Positions 48,649 to 58,708 of a stretch of 64,000 bases of DNA are shown here, piece after piece. Source of the DNA: Candidatus Uhrbacteria bacterium (GTDB lineage Bacteria; Patescibacteriota; Patescibacteriia; UBA9934; GWF2-40-263); assembly GCA_023246355.1 (NCBI GenBank), contig JAHFIQ010000004.1, positions 2,697-66,696 of the forward strand. The letters are read 5' to 3'. The translations under genes and the position numbers were made by a program. The notes beneath the pieces were generated by a model. It was not told where the DNA came from and searched no databases. It saw only the letters and a program-made list of their open reading frames with translations. Each line of letters opens with the position of its first letter. The stretch's first letter is position 1.

Positions 48649-49050
48649 TCAGTTTGCTTTCCTAAAGCAGAGAAACGCGATCGCGCCTCCAATCAGACCT
48701 AGCATCAAGTCCGCCATGGTATCCTGCAAAGAGACTTGGGCCTGGGGCCAGCCCATCCAAACTGTGAAGGTGTGATCAAGAACGTATTCGTGAAATTCCC
48801 ACAGGACAGCGATCAGAGCAACGAAGGAAATGACGAATAAAAAATGGTACCAGCCTGAAACGTGTTTGGTGCGAGCGTGTAAAATTTCACAGTGGTGAAC
48901 GGCAAGACCGAGCATGCCCATAGCAAAGCCTCCGGCAAAATGCATGGGGCCGTCAATTCCTGGAATCAAAAAATAGCCGTCCGTGAACAGAAGGATGCTG
49001 TGGAAGACAAGAACCGTAAGAATCGCATAAGAAGCCTTTGTAAACGTCAT
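48649..49050 (-). CDS. small membrane protein (VanZ/DUF2238-like)
   Basis: D..MHFAGG, WEFHE, DTMADL. Confidence 0.8.
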   Translation of the reverse strand: MTFTKASYAILTVLVFHSILLFTDGYFLIPGIDGPMHFAGGFAMGMLGLAVHHCEILHARTKHVSGWYHFLFVISFVALIAVLWEFHEYVLDHTFTVWMGWPQAQVSLQDTMADLMLGLIGGAIAFLCFRKAN

Positions 49051-49070
49051 AACCGCATTATACATCACTT

Positions 49071-49652
49071 ATGTTTACCCTTCCCGATCTCCCTTTTGCA
49101 AAAGACGCTCTGGCTCCTTGGACCAGCGCACAGACGCTTGAGTTCCATCATGGCAAACATCATGCCGGGTACGTGAGTAAGCTCAACGATGCTGTTGTTG
49201 GCACAGAATTTTTAGACAAGAGTCTTGAGGAGGTGATCGCATCTGCACGGAGTAAAAATCAGAAAGTGTTTAACCTTGCGGCTCAGCATTTCAATCATAG
49301 CTTCTTCTGGAATTGTTTGACGGGAGCCTCACAACAACCCTCTGCACATCTTCTTACCATGCTCGAACGAGATTTTGGATCCATCGATGCGTTCCGTGAT
49401 CAATTCTCCGCCGTGGCCGCAGCTCACTTTGGCTCTGGTTGGGCCTGGCTTGTGCAGGATCAGGCGGGGAAATTGATCGTGAAAGATTTTCACGATGCTG
49501 AAACTCCTGTGGGCACAGAGCTGCGTCCTATTCTGACTCTCGACGTTTGGGAGCATGCCTATTATCTTGATTTTAAAAATGACCGAGCCAGCTTTATCAA
49601 AGGTTTTTGGGAGCGTGTGAACTGGGCGTTTGTCGCTGAGCAACTTGTATGA
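49071..49652 (+). CDS. sodB: Fe/Mn superoxide dismutase
   Basis: HHGKHH, AAQ..NH, DVWEHAYY. Confidence 0.93.
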   Translation: MFTLPDLPFAKDALAPWTSAQTLEFHHGKHHAGYVSKLNDAVVGTEFLDKSLEEVIASARSKNQKVFNLAAQHFNHSFFWNCLTGASQQPSAHLLTMLERDFGSIDAFRDQFSAVAAAHFGSGWAWLVQDQAGKLIVKDFHDAETPVGTELRPILTLDVWEHAYYLDFKNDRASFIKGFWERVNWAFVAEQLV

Positions 49653-50848
49653 TGAAAAAAAATTGGATCATTTGGTTTTCTGTTCTTGTCGGAGTCGTTG
49701 TTTTGGGTGGCGTGGCGTTCGTGCTTTTTCATGCACCAAACGAAACATCGAAGACAGAGTCATCCTCTGAGATTTCAGATGTAGGTGAGGATCAGGAACA
49801 GGAAGAGTCCACCACACAACAGACAGCAGACGAACGTGCGGTTGAGATTCCAACAGAAAAACCCACGAGCCCGGTGATTTATGCAACCGTGTTTACTCAT
49901 AATGAAGACGGTTTGGGAATAGAGGACCCAGATTACACACAGGACGAGGACGAGTTTTGGACGGATCGCGAAGCCGTGATTGAATTTGCGCAGATGCTCC
50001 AAGATCACCACGTTGGATATGATTTTCAATCGGACTGGAATTTTTTGCTCGCCATCCAAGCCTTTGATGAGGGCACAGACTCCACGGACGGGAAAAATGT
50101 CCTGCGCTATCTGTCGGAGGATCTCGATGCACAAGTGGACATCCATTCCCACCAGAACATGGGCTATAACACGGCCGATGTCGGCTATCTGATGACACAG
50201 CTTGGCGTGACGCCCTCTGGCATTGTGGGAGGCATGATCGCCTCTCCAGCCGAGGATTCTTTGCTCGAAGATTTTTGGGAACCGATGAAGGCCAACAAAT
50301 TTGATTACACCTGGAGTGCAGAAGCGGTCTTCGGTGGAGGGACGGGTTTGCATCAAGATGAAGAATCTTTGTGGACGTCCGGCGTGTGGCGACCACAGGA
50401 CAAGGAGCATTATCTTGTGCATGATGACGATGCGCCGATTCCATCGATTGGGCATTATGAATCGAACTGGGATGGACTGGATAATTTGTTAGCTCACCAA
50501 GAGGCCGGCGATCTTGAAGCGGGAAAGATGTACACGATCGCCATCAACGCGCATCAGCGAGATTTCAACGAGGCGTTCAAGAATGAATTCGAGGCACAAC
50601 TGAAAACATACGATGATGAAACACAAGAAGGAAGAATCGTCTGGGTGACGCTCAATGAAGTGTTAGACATTTGGCATACGACCTACAACGAGGAACCAAC
50701 CATTTTCAAATTTGATGGCGAGGCATCAAGCACGACAGACGCTCCGACCCTGCAACCTGGTGGAACCGGAACCGGCGGCAGCTGCGGAAACGGTGTCTGT
50801 GAAGCCTTGGAGAGAAAGATGAAGTTGTGCCCGGAGGATTGTTCGTAG
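49649..50848 (+). CDS. secreted hypothetical protein (deacetylase-like barrel), C-terminal Cys motif
   Basis: TM anchor; HNED, HSH; CGNGVCE..CPEDC. Confidence 0.75.
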   Translation: MMKKNWIIWFSVLVGVVVLGGVAFVLFHAPNETSKTESSSEISDVGEDQEQEESTTQQTADERAVEIPTEKPTSPVIYATVFTHNEDGLGIEDPDYTQDEDEFWTDREAVIEFAQMLQDHHVGYDFQSDWNFLLAIQAFDEGTDSTDGKNVLRYLSEDLDAQVDIHSHQNMGYNTADVGYLMTQLGVTPSGIVGGMIASPAEDSLLEDFWEPMKANKFDYTWSAEAVFGGGTGLHQDEESLWTSGVWRPQDKEHYLVHDDDAPIPSIGHYESNWDGLDNLLAHQEAGDLEAGKMYTIAINAHQRDFNEAFKNEFEAQLKTYDDETQEGRIVWVTLNEVLDIWHTTYNEEPTIFKFDGEASSTTDAPTLQPGGTGTGGSCGNGVCEALERKMKLCPEDCS

Positions 50849-50918
50849 CTGCCTCGCTTGACGTAATTCGTTCCATCAGGTAAAAAGATCTCTCTCATAT
50901 TTAACGCCGAAAAGCGCT

Positions 50919-51017
50919 ATGACAACCACACGCACCATTTGTCTGTACATGGCCGCCGATACTGGTTTTCCAGTCTCGGAGATGTCTTTTATTTCGGCGT
51001 GGAGTCTCAAGGTTTAA
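50919..51017 (+). promoter_or_regulatory. putative 32-aa leader peptide with attenuator hairpin
   Basis: uORF MTTTRTICLY...; GC hairpin plus U-rich tract 51034-51085. Confidence 0.5.
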
Positions 51018-51107
51018 GCAAAAAACTTGAAACGCCCCGCTGAATCCTCAGAGGAGGATAAGACGGGGCCTATTTTGTTCCTTTCATCTTCACGTTCGGA
51101 GGCAGCT

Positions 51108-52985
51108 GTGGACGAAGACATTCGGAGTTACAAGGCTGATACGTCACTCAAGGACTACTTGAGGTCGATGAGTGAAACCGTCGAAGTGCTCTCTTGGTGC
51201 TTTTCTCAGTTTGTGAACGGGACGGCTTGGGGATACGTCAAGCGCATTCTCGCTTGGTCCAGCCTGTCGCGGATTTCAAGTCTGACCTATCCCTGGTTCA
51301 TGGGGCTTGGGATCGAAGGACTCATGACTCACAACGCGGCTCATGCCCTGACGGCGCTCTTGGGCATCTGGCTTTCCTACATGCTCGGCTCGGTCTTTGA
51401 ATGGCGAGCCGGACATTTCATCGAGCTCACGCTTGGTGAAAATCTGGCGACCATGGATCATCGCATCAACCAGCTGTTCTTCGAGAAAGACTTGGGACTG
51501 CATTTGGAGGAGGGGAGTCGGCTCACGCAGGAGAATATGGAAAAGGGCTGGAATCGATTCCACCAGGTTCAGCAGTCTGTGCTGTTCGCTGGCATTGATT
51601 CAGGACTTTCGTTTCTCATCTCGTTTGTGATGCTGATGGTCTTGAGTCCCGTCTGCGGTGGGATCGTTCTTACGATTCTCATGGCCAACATCCTTCTCTC
51701 GCTTCACCTCAACCGTTTCATCACGGTTGCGATGGGGCCAGTGGAATCGCGTTTTCGCGCGCTGCATCGGCGACGTGGAGAACGCTGGTTGGGTGTTGAA
51801 CGCGTCGTCACTTCGGGTCGGCACAGGGCTGAGGTCGAGGAGATGGACGCAGAGTTCCGTGCGACGATCGAAGAAGATCGCAAGATCTGGTTGCGCTACA
51901 TTCGTGGCACCATGCCGCGGTCTATTCTGTCGGGCTTTGCCGCAACTGCGACCGGGCTGTGGGCTGGTTGGCAGGTGTGGACAGGGACGATGAACGCCTC
52001 TGACATGATCCCGATTCTGACCTGGGCCGGCATGGCCACGCAGCAGATTCGATTCCTGGCTCGCGTTGAGCGGGAAGTCAACTGGTGCACACCAAGTCTG
52101 AAGTCACTGCGTGAAGCACTGACACTTCCTGTTCGTGTGATCGAGTCGGCCGATGCCCATGTCCTTCCCGACGAACCGATCACGATTCAGATTTCTGAAG
52201 TCGGACATCGCTACGAGCAGGGTCGTGGAGTGAAAGAAGGGAGGCAGACTCGTGTACTCCAAGGGCTCACCTTCACGATTCAACCGAGGGAAAAGGTCGC
52301 ACTCATCGGTCCCAGTGGCGCTGGCAAAAGCACGGTCACACGTCTTCTGCAGCGCTACATGGATCCGGAGCAGGGGGTCATTCACCTCAACGGCCATCAT
52401 CTTGGAGCCGTGAATCTACCCTCTTGGCGACGGTTGGTGGGAACGATTCCCCAAAGCCCGAAACTCTTCGATGGGACACTCAAAGACAATTTGCTCTACG
52501 CTCTCACCCCAGAACAACGAGCGCTGCTCACCGACGACCAGATCTGGGAGGTGATGCGATTGCTGCGGGTGGACTTCGGTCCACGACTGACTCATGGCCT
52601 TGAAACGCGCGTGGGTCGCAACGGAGTAAAACTCTCTGGTGGAGAAGCGCAGCGTGTGATGATTGCCTCGGTTGCTCTCAAGCGTCCGCGGTTCATGATT
52701 ATCGACGAGGCGACGAGTTCGCTCGACGCGGAGAATCAAGCCGCTGTCCAAGCCGGTCTCGAATCGCTCCTCGCAAGCATGGACGCCTCGGCTCTCATCA
52801 TCGCCCATCGACTTTCAACCGTCATGGGCTGTGACACGTTCGTGGTGCTCAAACCTGTGGACACGCTTGAAAACGGCAACAGCCAAATCGAGTGCATCGC
52901 GCACTCCAAGGAAGAAGTCTTCGCGAGTTCCCCGACCTTCCGTCGGCTCGCAGAACTCGAAGGCGTTCGCCTCACGGTTGCCTAG
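51108..52985 (+). CDS. ABC exporter, fused permease/ATPase
   Basis: GPSGAGKS, LSGGEAQR, IDEATSSLD, IAHRLST; GGAGG RBS before GTG. Confidence 0.93.
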   Translation: MDEDIRSYKADTSLKDYLRSMSETVEVLSWCFSQFVNGTAWGYVKRILAWSSLSRISSLTYPWFMGLGIEGLMTHNAAHALTALLGIWLSYMLGSVFEWRAGHFIELTLGENLATMDHRINQLFFEKDLGLHLEEGSRLTQENMEKGWNRFHQVQQSVLFAGIDSGLSFLISFVMLMVLSPVCGGIVLTILMANILLSLHLNRFITVAMGPVESRFRALHRRRGERWLGVERVVTSGRHRAEVEEMDAEFRATIEEDRKIWLRYIRGTMPRSILSGFAATATGLWAGWQVWTGTMNASDMIPILTWAGMATQQIRFLARVEREVNWCTPSLKSLREALTLPVRVIESADAHVLPDEPITIQISEVGHRYEQGRGVKEGRQTRVLQGLTFTIQPREKVALIGPSGAGKSTVTRLLQRYMDPEQGVIHLNGHHLGAVNLPSWRRLVGTIPQSPKLFDGTLKDNLLYALTPEQRALLTDDQIWEVMRLLRVDFGPRLTHGLETRVGRNGVKLSGGEAQRVMIASVALKRPRFMIIDEATSSLDAENQAAVQAGLESLLASMDASALIIAHRLSTVMGCDTFVVLKPVDTLENGNSQIECIAHSKEEVFASSPTFRRLAELEGVRLTVA

Positions 52986-53097
52986 ACATTCCTCTCACCC
53001 CCACTCTCTCGGTGGGGTTTTTGATTGTCAAAGTTGTTTAAGCATGCTAGTCTCCAATCTCGTCCAACAAGGACGAGACCGTTTTGGAGTCCCTCAA

Positions 53098-54075
53098 ATG
53101 AGCCAAGAAGTAACCGCAGACCAGCTGCTCACATTGATGAGTAAGCTGGTTGTACGACTCAGCAAGGAGATCGAGCTTCCAATAAGGGGAAAAACGTCAC
53201 GACCCCTCGCGAACGGAGAATTGTTCATTTGCAGCGAGAATGTGTTCATTCGTAGCGACGTGGATGATTGTCTCATAGGACGGGGTCCAGCGAGTCTGCA
53301 GGTGCTAGAAAATTTCTTGATTTGGGTGCTCATCAAGCATGAGCGAGTGTGTTTTGCTGATGATTACTTCGCAGACATAGAGAGGGCACAGCAAACAGAA
53401 GCGTTCATTCGTCTGACGACATTTCGTGAGAAGGTGTTGTCAGGTGAAGTCATCGTTCCTTGGTCACCGGAGGAGTTGTGGGATACGTTGTTTCTTCCAT
53501 GGCCAGATGATCTTCCAATGACCGTCCCTGTCCCGGAGGTTGAGTATTCTCTTGGGAGGCACATGACACCTGGGGAGGAGCTTCGCACGGCGTGGATTAA
53601 ATTTTGGAAAAGGCTTTTCTTTCACAACATGGATAGGGATGTTCCAGTTCAAGGTGCGCCATCCTTTTTTCGGCGAGCTGTACGAATCAGAGGTCTCGGG
53701 TTTTCTACTCTGACTGCGCGAGCGGAATCCCTGCCGGTGGAAGCGAGATCCCAGCTGGATCTGCGAGCGTCTACACAGACAGAACTCATTCGACATCGGT
53801 TTCCCGTGGGCCCCATGTACATGAAGCCGATAAGGGGTGGAGAGAGCGAGTTAGAGTTCAAGACACGACACTTCGACACACACGGACCCTGGAGCGGAAG
53901 TTTTCCGCTTGTCTACATCGATGACAAGCCAGAAGTCGTCAACGCCTACATTCGCTCGATGGAACGACAGGGAGTCAAAACGTATCTGGGTGTTCATTTC
54001 CAAGGTTCCTATAAATCCACAACTCCCTTGGACGCAAGAGCCGTTGTTCTCAAGAGCTATGTTTCCAAGCCATGA
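53098..54075 (+). CDS. hypothetical protein
   Basis: GGAG RBS, long ORF, terminator after. Confidence 0.75.
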   Translation: MSQEVTADQLLTLMSKLVVRLSKEIELPIRGKTSRPLANGELFICSENVFIRSDVDDCLIGRGPASLQVLENFLIWVLIKHERVCFADDYFADIERAQQTEAFIRLTTFREKVLSGEVIVPWSPEELWDTLFLPWPDDLPMTVPVPEVEYSLGRHMTPGEELRTAWIKFWKRLFFHNMDRDVPVQGAPSFFRRAVRIRGLGFSTLTARAESLPVEARSQLDLRASTQTELIRHRFPVGPMYMKPIRGGESELEFKTRHFDTHGPWSGSFPLVYIDDKPEVVNAYIRSMERQGVKTYLGVHFQGSYKSTTPLDARAVVLKSYVSKP

Positions 54076-54175
54076 ATCTCCTACGGCCTCAGATTACTCT
54101 GGGGTTTTTGATTACAGCGCGGGGGCTTAGCCACCGCGGCACGGAAGCCTAGCCTCGGTTTTCAATCGGGAAAAC

Positions 54176-54208
54176 AAAAATCCTCTGGACGAATCCAGAG
54201 GATTTTTG
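54176..54208. terminator. bidirectional terminator
   Basis: caaaaatcctctgga-cgaa-tccagaggatttttg. Confidence 0.8.
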
Positions 54209-54213
54209 AAAGC

Positions 54214-54468
54214 TTATTCAGCTTTTGGACGGGCGAGGGACACGCTGATCGCGCGGCCTTCGACCATCATACCGTCGGCGCCTTCGATGGCGGCTTGAGC
54301 GGAAGCGTCGTCAGCATACTCGACGAAGCCGAATCCGCGGCTGCGGCCACTCTCCCGGTCTGTGACAACGCGAGCAGAGACGACTTCACCAAACTTGGCA
54401 AAGATTTCCATCAGAGCGGCGTCGTCGGTTGCCCAGGGGAGGGAGCCGACAAATAACTTGTTCTTCAT
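54214..54468 (-). CDS. RRM (RNP-1) RNA-binding protein
   Basis: LFVGSL, RSRGFGFVE. Confidence 0.95.
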   Translation of the reverse strand: MKNKLFVGSLPWATDDAALMEIFAKFGEVVSARVVTDRESGRSRGFGFVEYADDASAQAAIEGADGMMVEGRAISVSLARPKAE

Positions 54469-54616
54469 AGCAAGAGAAGTGACAAGGGGAACCGAAGTTC
54501 CATCAAAGAGTTAGGAGCTTCTCTGACCACAAAGGGAACAAGAGGAAGCAAGGAAAGTATCTCACAAAAGTCGATCGATGTCAATGGGCCGGGTCTCGGG
54601 TATACTGGAAGGAACT

Positions 54617-55153
54617 ATGCAGCAGAGATCCTTGCTCTGGGTTTTATTGGTCGCATCGGTCTTATTGGTCGGTTGTGGAAAAACGACTGAACACGTTGAC
54701 GAGTCGGCTGCTTTGACGTTGCCAGTGGAGGTCGCGGGTTCGGTCTACCAGAACACGCGTTTTGCTTACGAATTTACAGTTTCAGATGGAATACTCGTGT
54801 ACGCTCTGAATCTTGAAGACCAAACCGCCAGGCTGGCAGGGCCTGAGGATGAGATTGTGTTTGTGGCAGGTGAGGGGACCAACGTGCTCACAGTTCGAGG
54901 GGTCGAGGGACAAGGATCACCTCATGAGTGGCTCACGAGTCATGTGACGTTTTTTTATCCCAAGGGCGAAGCCGCCCAGCAGATTCAAGATCTGGATGGG
55001 AAACAAGCGATCACTCTCTACGGTGACGGCACCAGTGACTCACCAGCTCGACTACTCGTCGCACAACATGACGACCAGTTGATCATCATTACCTTTGAAC
55101 AAGAGGACGAACGTTTTGATCAGATCCTTTCCTCGTTCACGTTTACCCCTTGA
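54617..55153 (+). CDS. PsbP-like lipoprotein
   Basis: lipobox LVGC; Y.N..F.Y.F and FDQILSSF.F. Confidence 0.75.
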   Translation: MQQRSLLWVLLVASVLLVGCGKTTEHVDESAALTLPVEVAGSVYQNTRFAYEFTVSDGILVYALNLEDQTARLAGPEDEIVFVAGEGTNVLTVRGVEGQGSPHEWLTSHVTFFYPKGEAAQQIQDLDGKQAITLYGDGTSDSPARLLVAQHDDQLIIITFEQEDERFDQILSSFTFTP

Positions 55154-56423
55154 GAGCCTGGCGCATCTGTGTTTTGTAGAGCTCGACTTCTGGTTGGTCA
55201 AACGCGTTGACGTCCATGAGTCGTGCCAGATACATCACCTCGATCATGCGCCACTGAAGGTAATAGCCAAGTTCCCACGTGCCGATTCCTTCCAGGTCGA
55301 TGAGAAGACAAGGTCGATGTAATTGTCCGTAGGTTGCTTTCACGCCTGTGACGATCGCCTTCATGACCTGTTCAAGAGATTTGTTTTGCAGGTCAGACAC
55401 AAGACCAGAGAACAGCGGCTGACGAGGGACTTGATTGACATCTCCGCTCATGGAATAGATGAGGTGCGTTACTTTGTCATCAGGTCCGGCGAAATACAGT
55501 TGAGCCTGCGAATGTAAATCCGTTGATCCGATGGAGACGATCGGCGTGATACCCTTACCGTCTTTTCCCAGACTCTCGGCCATCAACTGTCGGTACCATT
55601 TTCCGAGTGACTCGAGTTTTGGTGAAAAAAGAAAGCTGTTGTGGATCGTACGACCAGCGCGGCGGTGACAATCGGTGATAATGGCGCTTGCCATGGCCGT
55701 GTTGACCTGTAGATCCTCCTGCGTGTTGTCGACAACTGACTGGCGTGCACCTTCCAGCAATCCCTCCACATCGATGCCGGAAAGCAACAAGGGAAGCAGT
55801 CCGACCGCGGTGAAGACAGAGTAGCGTCCACCGACCATGCTCGGGATCGACAGGCGCGCGATTTTTTTCTCCCCAGCTTGGTTCCAGAGTTTGGATCCTT
55901 CGTCGGTAATGGCGACAAACCGAGATCTGGGATCGCCAAAATGTTCACTCAGGTACGCAAAGAGGACCTCGGCATTGGCGATCGTCTCCGTGGTGGTGCC
56001 TGATTTGCTGATCACGATCACCGCAAAGTCGTCTTTCTTGGGAAGACGTTCGAGTGTACGCGTGACAGACGTCATTTTTTCATCGCTGACCGTATCGAGG
56101 AATAGCAGTTTGGGAAGGCGATCCACGAGCAAGTTCATGGATCCGGCCACGGCATCGTACACAGCCTGTGTTCCCAGGTTCGATCCGCCGATGCCGATCA
56201 CGACCACATATTGAAGCGTGTTGGTTTTGATGGCCGCGGCGACGTCGCGGACCTGTTTGAGGATTTGTTCATCAAAAGGAAGATGCAGAGAACTTTCAGG
56301 CTCGAGGTAGTCTGTTTGCGTTGAGATTTTTTTGAAACGCGAGACAGAGTCGCAGAGGGAACCAGCTCGGTCTTTGAGTTCAGCTTCGGAAACCAGAGCC
56401 CCAGCGTCGTGGATGAATTTCAT
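55143..56423 (-). CDS. pgi: glucose-6-phosphate isomerase
   Basis: GIGGSNLG, SKSGTT.ET, GGRYSV, FDQPEVE..K. Confidence 0.95.
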   Translation of the reverse strand: MKFIHDAGALVSEAELKDRAGSLCDSVSRFKKISTQTDYLEPESSLHLPFDEQILKQVRDVAAAIKTNTLQYVVVIGIGGSNLGTQAVYDAVAGSMNLLVDRLPKLLFLDTVSDEKMTSVTRTLERLPKKDDFAVIVISKSGTTTETIANAEVLFAYLSEHFGDPRSRFVAITDEGSKLWNQAGEKKIARLSIPSMVGGRYSVFTAVGLLPLLLSGIDVEGLLEGARQSVVDNTQEDLQVNTAMASAIITDCHRRAGRTIHNSFLFSPKLESLGKWYRQLMAESLGKDGKGITPIVSIGSTDLHSQAQLYFAGPDDKVTHLIYSMSGDVNQVPRQPLFSGLVSDLQNKSLEQVMKAIVTGVKATYGQLHRPCLLIDLEGIGTWELGYYLQWRMIEVMYLARLMDVNAFDQPEVELYKTQMRQALKG

Positions 56424-56548
56424 ACACCACCATCATATCAAAGCCACGTGTGGATAACCATTTTCCTCTCTTGACTCACAAAATGCTACGATAGATCCAT
56501 AATTTATTTTTCTTTGCAGCTTTCGCTTTCGAAAGCTGAGATCATCGT

Positions 56549-56761
56549 ATGATGAATTCATCTAAGTGCGGCATCCACTGTGTCGCCTGGTGGCTCCTTT
56601 GGGTAGGAGGCATCAACTGGGGTCTGGTCGGTCTGCTCGACTGGAACCTCGTCGACACATTGCTCGGCGGCTGGCCATGGCTCGTGAAGCTCGTGTATAT
56701 CCTCGTGGGTATCTCAGCTCTGCTCGTGTTGCTTGAAAAGAAGTGTACGAAGTGTAAGTAG
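56549..56761 (+). CDS. DUF378 small membrane protein
   Basis: GGINWGLVG..NLV..YILVG. Confidence 0.9.
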   Translation: MMNSSKCGIHCVAWWLLWVGGINWGLVGLLDWNLVDTLLGGWPWLVKLVYILVGISALLVLLEKKCTKCK

Positions 56762-56880
56762 GATTCAAACAAAAAATGAGGATTGCTCCTCGTTTTTTGT
56801 TTGAAGGTCTTGCCAAAGTGTGGTTTTATTGTTAGTCTGAAACTGCCATTTGGCAAAACTCTGCAACCTACGGAGGACAC

Positions 56881-57036
56881 ATGTCCTTTCTTCTCTCCGG
56901 TGAAATTACCAACGAGCTCTTGGACGGCGGCTACATCACGGACGGCGGGACCCCGATCATCTCCGGCGGTGGCGGCGCCCAGCTCGTCGACGGCGGCCGC
57001 GTCAGCCAAGGCAAGACCGATAGCGGAACGCTCTGA
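56881..57036 (+). CDS. 51-aa Gly-rich peptide with repeated DGG (not in ORF track)
   Basis: promoter TTGCCA-N17-TAGTCT, GGAGG RBS, downstream terminator ~57079-57105. Confidence 0.65.
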   Translation: MSFLLSGEITNELLDGGYITDGGTPIISGGGGAQLVDGGRVSQGKTDSGTL

Positions 57037-57124
57037 TCAACCTCCAAGGCTGATCTCACACCAACGCTCCCCACGCACCCCGAGTCCACACTCGGGTTTT
57101 CTATTTGTGCTAAACTAGAATCCT

Positions 57125-57601
57125 ATGATGAAAAAAGGCATGAAGGCTCCGGGGTTTTCACTTCCGGATCAGGAGGGGACCGTTCACTCACTCGCCGATT
57201 ACAAGGGCCAGTGGGTGCTGCTGTATTTTTATCCTAAAGACGATACGCCTGGTTGTACAAAAGAAGCCTGCATGATTCGTGACTCCTGGCCGAAGTTTAA
57301 AAAACTTTCCCTGAACGTTTTTGGTGTGAGTGTGGACTCGGTGAAGAGTCATGGAAAGTTTGTGAAGAAGTATGACCTGCCGTTTATCCTATTGGCTGAC
57401 GAGGACAAGGCGATCGTCAAAAAGTACGGCGTGTGGGGAAAGAAAAAGTTCATGGGTCGGGAGTATCTGGGAACGAATCGGATGTCGTTTCTGATCGACC
57501 CAACAGGCAAGATCGCCAAAGTGTACGAGAATGTGAAGCCAGAGGCCCATGCAGATGAGGTGCTCACAGACCTGAAAATACTCACCAAAAAAGCAGGCTA
57601 A
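57125..57601 (+). CDS. bcp: thioredoxin-dependent peroxiredoxin BCP
   Basis: YFYPKDDTPGCTKEAC. Confidence 0.95.
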   Translation: MMKKGMKAPGFSLPDQEGTVHSLADYKGQWVLLYFYPKDDTPGCTKEACMIRDSWPKFKKLSLNVFGVSVDSVKSHGKFVKKYDLPFILLADEDKAIVKKYGVWGKKKFMGREYLGTNRMSFLIDPTGKIAKVYENVKPEAHADEVLTDLKILTKKAG

Positions 57602-57614
57602 GCCTGCTTTTTCC

Positions 57615-58613
57615 TTACTCCTTTCGCATGGCTCGTGCCATCTGTTCAAATTCTGTCCCGAGTTTCTTCTGTCGCGCTGGAAGGATTTGTTTGTAGACGC
57701 GTTCTTGATCGGCTTTGATACGAGCAAGCTTGGTCTTGAGCATCTTGCCTTTTTCGCCAAACCATTTTTGTACGAACCCAAGCTGTGCATACTCTGCATC
57801 TGCATCTTGCTGTTCTTGTCTTAAGATCATCCATTTTTTCTCAAGAAGCATTTGTTGTCTTGCCTCAACGCTTTCCTGTGATGGCTCACCCATTTTGGTG
57901 ATGACCTCGTGGCTGCCCCCAACGGCTCCTGTTTTTTTGAGTGCGATGTCTGATGGCCCCAGCACGTTGTCATGGGATCCGCCTAATCCACCGGTGGCTT
58001 TGAGCCGAGCGTCCAACAGTGTTCGCTGAGACTCACGCAACGTCTTACGCGACCCTGGGTTTTTTTCAAGGTCTTTGAGTACCTGCATGTACGCCTGGTG
58101 GGGAATGAATTCTGTTGCTGAGATTCGATCTGCATCTTGATCATTTACTTCTTCCAGTTTATTTTCAAGTTCTTGAGAGATTTCTTCTCCCCGTGTGAGC
58201 AAATAAGCTACATCAGCGCCGCTGGCAAGTTGCGCTAAAACTTTTTCACGCGCCTCAAACAAAGCAACCGCTTTGAGTTGTTCTTCAACTTGTTTTGCAT
58301 GAAAACGTGTCTCGTTGGCGAGCGTGGCCTGTTTATCTTCAACAAGACCTCGTCGTTGCTGTGCAAGTTCTTCCAACTCCATGAGCAGATGTCTCTTGTA
58401 TTCATCCATGTCTGCCCCTGTTTTGATTCTTGCTTCAACAAGTTCAATCGCCTGTTGTCGAGCGTTTTGCTCGCGTCGAATAACGTGTTCACGTTTGGGA
58501 ACCGTCCAGATGACGCCCTTGGTATCCACCACATCATCAGGTCGATCAAGTGGTACTCGCGCTGGTCTGGTGATGAGATCTTGATCTACATGCTGTTCTC
58601 CGTGTGGGCTCAT
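57615..58613 (-). CDS. hypothetical coiled-coil protein
   Basis: long helical ORF; internal repeat KxTGxxGGSH. Confidence 0.8.
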   Translation of the reverse strand: MSPHGEQHVDQDLITRPARVPLDRPDDVVDTKGVIWTVPKREHVIRREQNARQQAIELVEARIKTGADMDEYKRHLLMELEELAQQRRGLVEDKQATLANETRFHAKQVEEQLKAVALFEAREKVLAQLASGADVAYLLTRGEEISQELENKLEEVNDQDADRISATEFIPHQAYMQVLKDLEKNPGSRKTLRESQRTLLDARLKATGGLGGSHDNVLGPSDIALKKTGAVGGSHEVITKMGEPSQESVEARQQMLLEKKWMILRQEQQDADAEYAQLGFVQKWFGEKGKMLKTKLARIKADQERVYKQILPARQKKLGTEFEQMARAMRKE

Positions 58614-58708
58614 ATTTTGTGTATACAAATTACCCACTCAGTATAGTCTGCCCAGGCTCTTGACGCCAAGGGTCAGTGGATAAACCACCATGGTATAATT
58701 CTGTCCGT

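Noticed and set aside
56449-56457. Replication origin (perfect DnaA box TGTGGATAA)
   Set aside because: Single box in a short intergenic region with no cluster or dnaA/dnaN; at most a regulatory site.
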